Positions 18,423 through 20,000 of a stretch of DNA of 20,000 nucleotides are shown piece by piece. The number at the start of each line of letters is the position of its first letter. The first letter of the stretch is position 1. The stretch is from contig NC_057750.1 in NCBI RefSeq assembly GCF_004010195.1, positions 476,247 to 496,246 of the forward strand. Reading direction: 5' to 3'. This DNA is from Chiloscyllium plagiosum. Lineage: Eukaryota. The position numbers were made by a program, and so were the translations under genes. The notes under the pieces were generated by a model. It had not been told where the DNA came from and searched no databases. It worked only from the letters and a program-made list of their open reading frames with translations.

Positions 18423-19018
18423 TAGAAAATAGAACATAGAACGCAGAGCATTGCAGTGCAGTAGAGGCCCTTCAGACCTTGGTGTTGTGCTGACCTGTGG
18501 AACCAATCTGAAGCCTATCGATCCCACACTATTCCATTTTCATCCAGATATTTATCCAATGACCATTTAAATGCCCTTAAAGTTGGTGAGACTACTACTG
18601 TTGCAAGCAGGGCGTTCCACGTCTCTACTACTCTCTGAGTAAAGAAACTACCTCTGACATCTGTTGTATATAAATCACCCCTCAACTTAAAGCTACACCC
18701 CCTCGTGCTAGCCATCACCATCCGAGGAAAATGGCTCTCACTGTCCAACCTATCTAACTCTCTGATTATCTTATATGTCTCAATTAAGTCAACTCTCAAC
18801 CTTCTTCTCTCTAATGAAAACAGCCTCAAACCCTCACGCTTCCCTCCATACCAGGCAACATCCCAGTAAGTTACCTCTGAACCTTTTCCAAAGCTTCCAC
18901 ATCCTTCCTATAAGTTAGTGACCAGAACTGTATGCAATACTTCAAGTGTAGCCTCACCAGAGCTTTGCACAGCTGCAACATGACCTCGTGACTCCAAAAC
19001 GCAATCCCTCTACCAATA
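18423..19018 (-). mobile_element. CR1 LINE 3' segment (ORF2 C-terminus plus tail)
   Basis: ORF 18515-18829 (LFSLERRRLRVDLIETYKII...FFTQRVVETWNAL). Upstream it reads IGRGIAFWSHEVMLQLCKALVRLHLKYC. Terminal tagaac repeats at 18423-18441. Confidence 0.95.
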
Positions 19019-20000
19019 GAGAGAGAGCTAAGAGCAGCAAGGAGGGGACATGAAAGGTCCTTAGTTGGTAGGATTAGGGAAAACCCTAAGGCTTTCTATA
19101 GGTATGTCAGGAATAAAAGAATGACTAGGGTAGGAATAGGTCCAGTCAAGGATAGTAGTGGGAAGTTGCGTGTGGAGGCTGAAGAGATTGGGGAGACACT
19201 GAATGAATACTTTTCGTCAGTATTCAATCAGGAACAGGACATTGTTGTCAATGTGAATACTGAGCCACAATTAAGTAGAATGGATGGCTTTGAGGCATGT
19301 AGAGAAGAGGTGTTGGAAATTCTGGAAAGGGTGAAAATAGAAAAGTCCCCTGGGCCTGATGGCATTTATCCGAGGATTCTCTGGGAAGCAAGGGAGGAGA
19401 TCGCAGAGCCATTGGCCTTGATTTTTATGTCCTCGTTGTCGACAGGAGTAGTGCCAGAAGATTGGAGGCTAACAAATGTGGTTCCCTTGTTCAAGAAGGG
19501 GAGTAGGGATAACCCTAGCAACTATAGGCCGGTGAGTCTCACTTCTGTTGTGGGCAAAGTCTTAGAGAGAATTGTAAGGGATAGGATTTATGAACATCTG
19601 GATAGGAATAATGTGACCAAGGATAGTCAGCATGATTTTGTGAAGGGCAGGTCGTGCCTCACAAACCTTATTGAATTCTTTGAGAAGGTGACTAAGGAGG
19701 TGAACGAGGGGAAAGCAGTAGATGTGGTGTACATGGATTTTAGTAAGGCGTTTGATAAGGTTCCCCATGGTAGACTACTGCAAAAAATACAGAGGTATGG
19801 CATTGAGGGCGAGTTGGAGGTTTGGATTAGGAATTAGCTGGATGGAAGAAGACAGAGGGTAGTAGTTGATGGCAAAGTTTCTTCATGGAGTGCCGTCACT
19901 AGCGGTGTTCCGCAAGGATCAGTTTTGGGACCATTGCTGTTTGTCATTTTTATAAATGACCTGGAAGAGGGGTTAGAAGATTGGGTGAGCAAGTTTGCGG
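19019..20000 (+). mobile_element. CR1 LINE ORF2 RT segment, relatively young (one stop at 19835), runs off the window
   Basis: ORF 19121-19837 has KSPGPDG, NYRPVSLTSVVGK, GRSCLTNL and YMDFSKAFDKVPH. After the stop it continues [25 protein letters not shown]. Confidence 0.97.

Noticed and set aside
1..20000. CRISPR arrays, retrons or other prokaryotic RT systems
   Set aside because: No regularly spaced repeats or operon structure. All RT sequence is vertebrate CR1-type LINE.

Overview
Eukaryotic, repeat-dominated DNA, most likely an intronic or intergenic region of a cartilaginous fish (shark) genome. This is inferred from HE1/V-SINE-type SINEs and abundant CR1-clade LINEs. There are two scaffold gaps (7785-8379, 9746-10405). 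No intact protein-coding gene is recognisable. The recognisable ORFs are decayed CR1 ORF1 (Cys4 zinc-finger/coiled-coil plus SGNH esterase) or ORF2 (reverse transcriptase) pieces. Three signals stand out. (1) A set of short (38-191 bp) Penelope-like insertions, four with 11-13 bp target-site duplications and four with minimal hammerhead-ribozyme cores (CUGANGA-stem II-GAAA-UH). Their 5' ends or fold-back centre repeatedly fall at the CUGA of the core, and one is a 75-bp-arm palindrome. (2) Three head-to-head CR1 junctions with the geometry of twin-priming 5' inversions. (3) Weak candidate minus-strand exons. Family names come from my recognition of motifs, not from database searches, and boundaries of decayed repeats are approximate.
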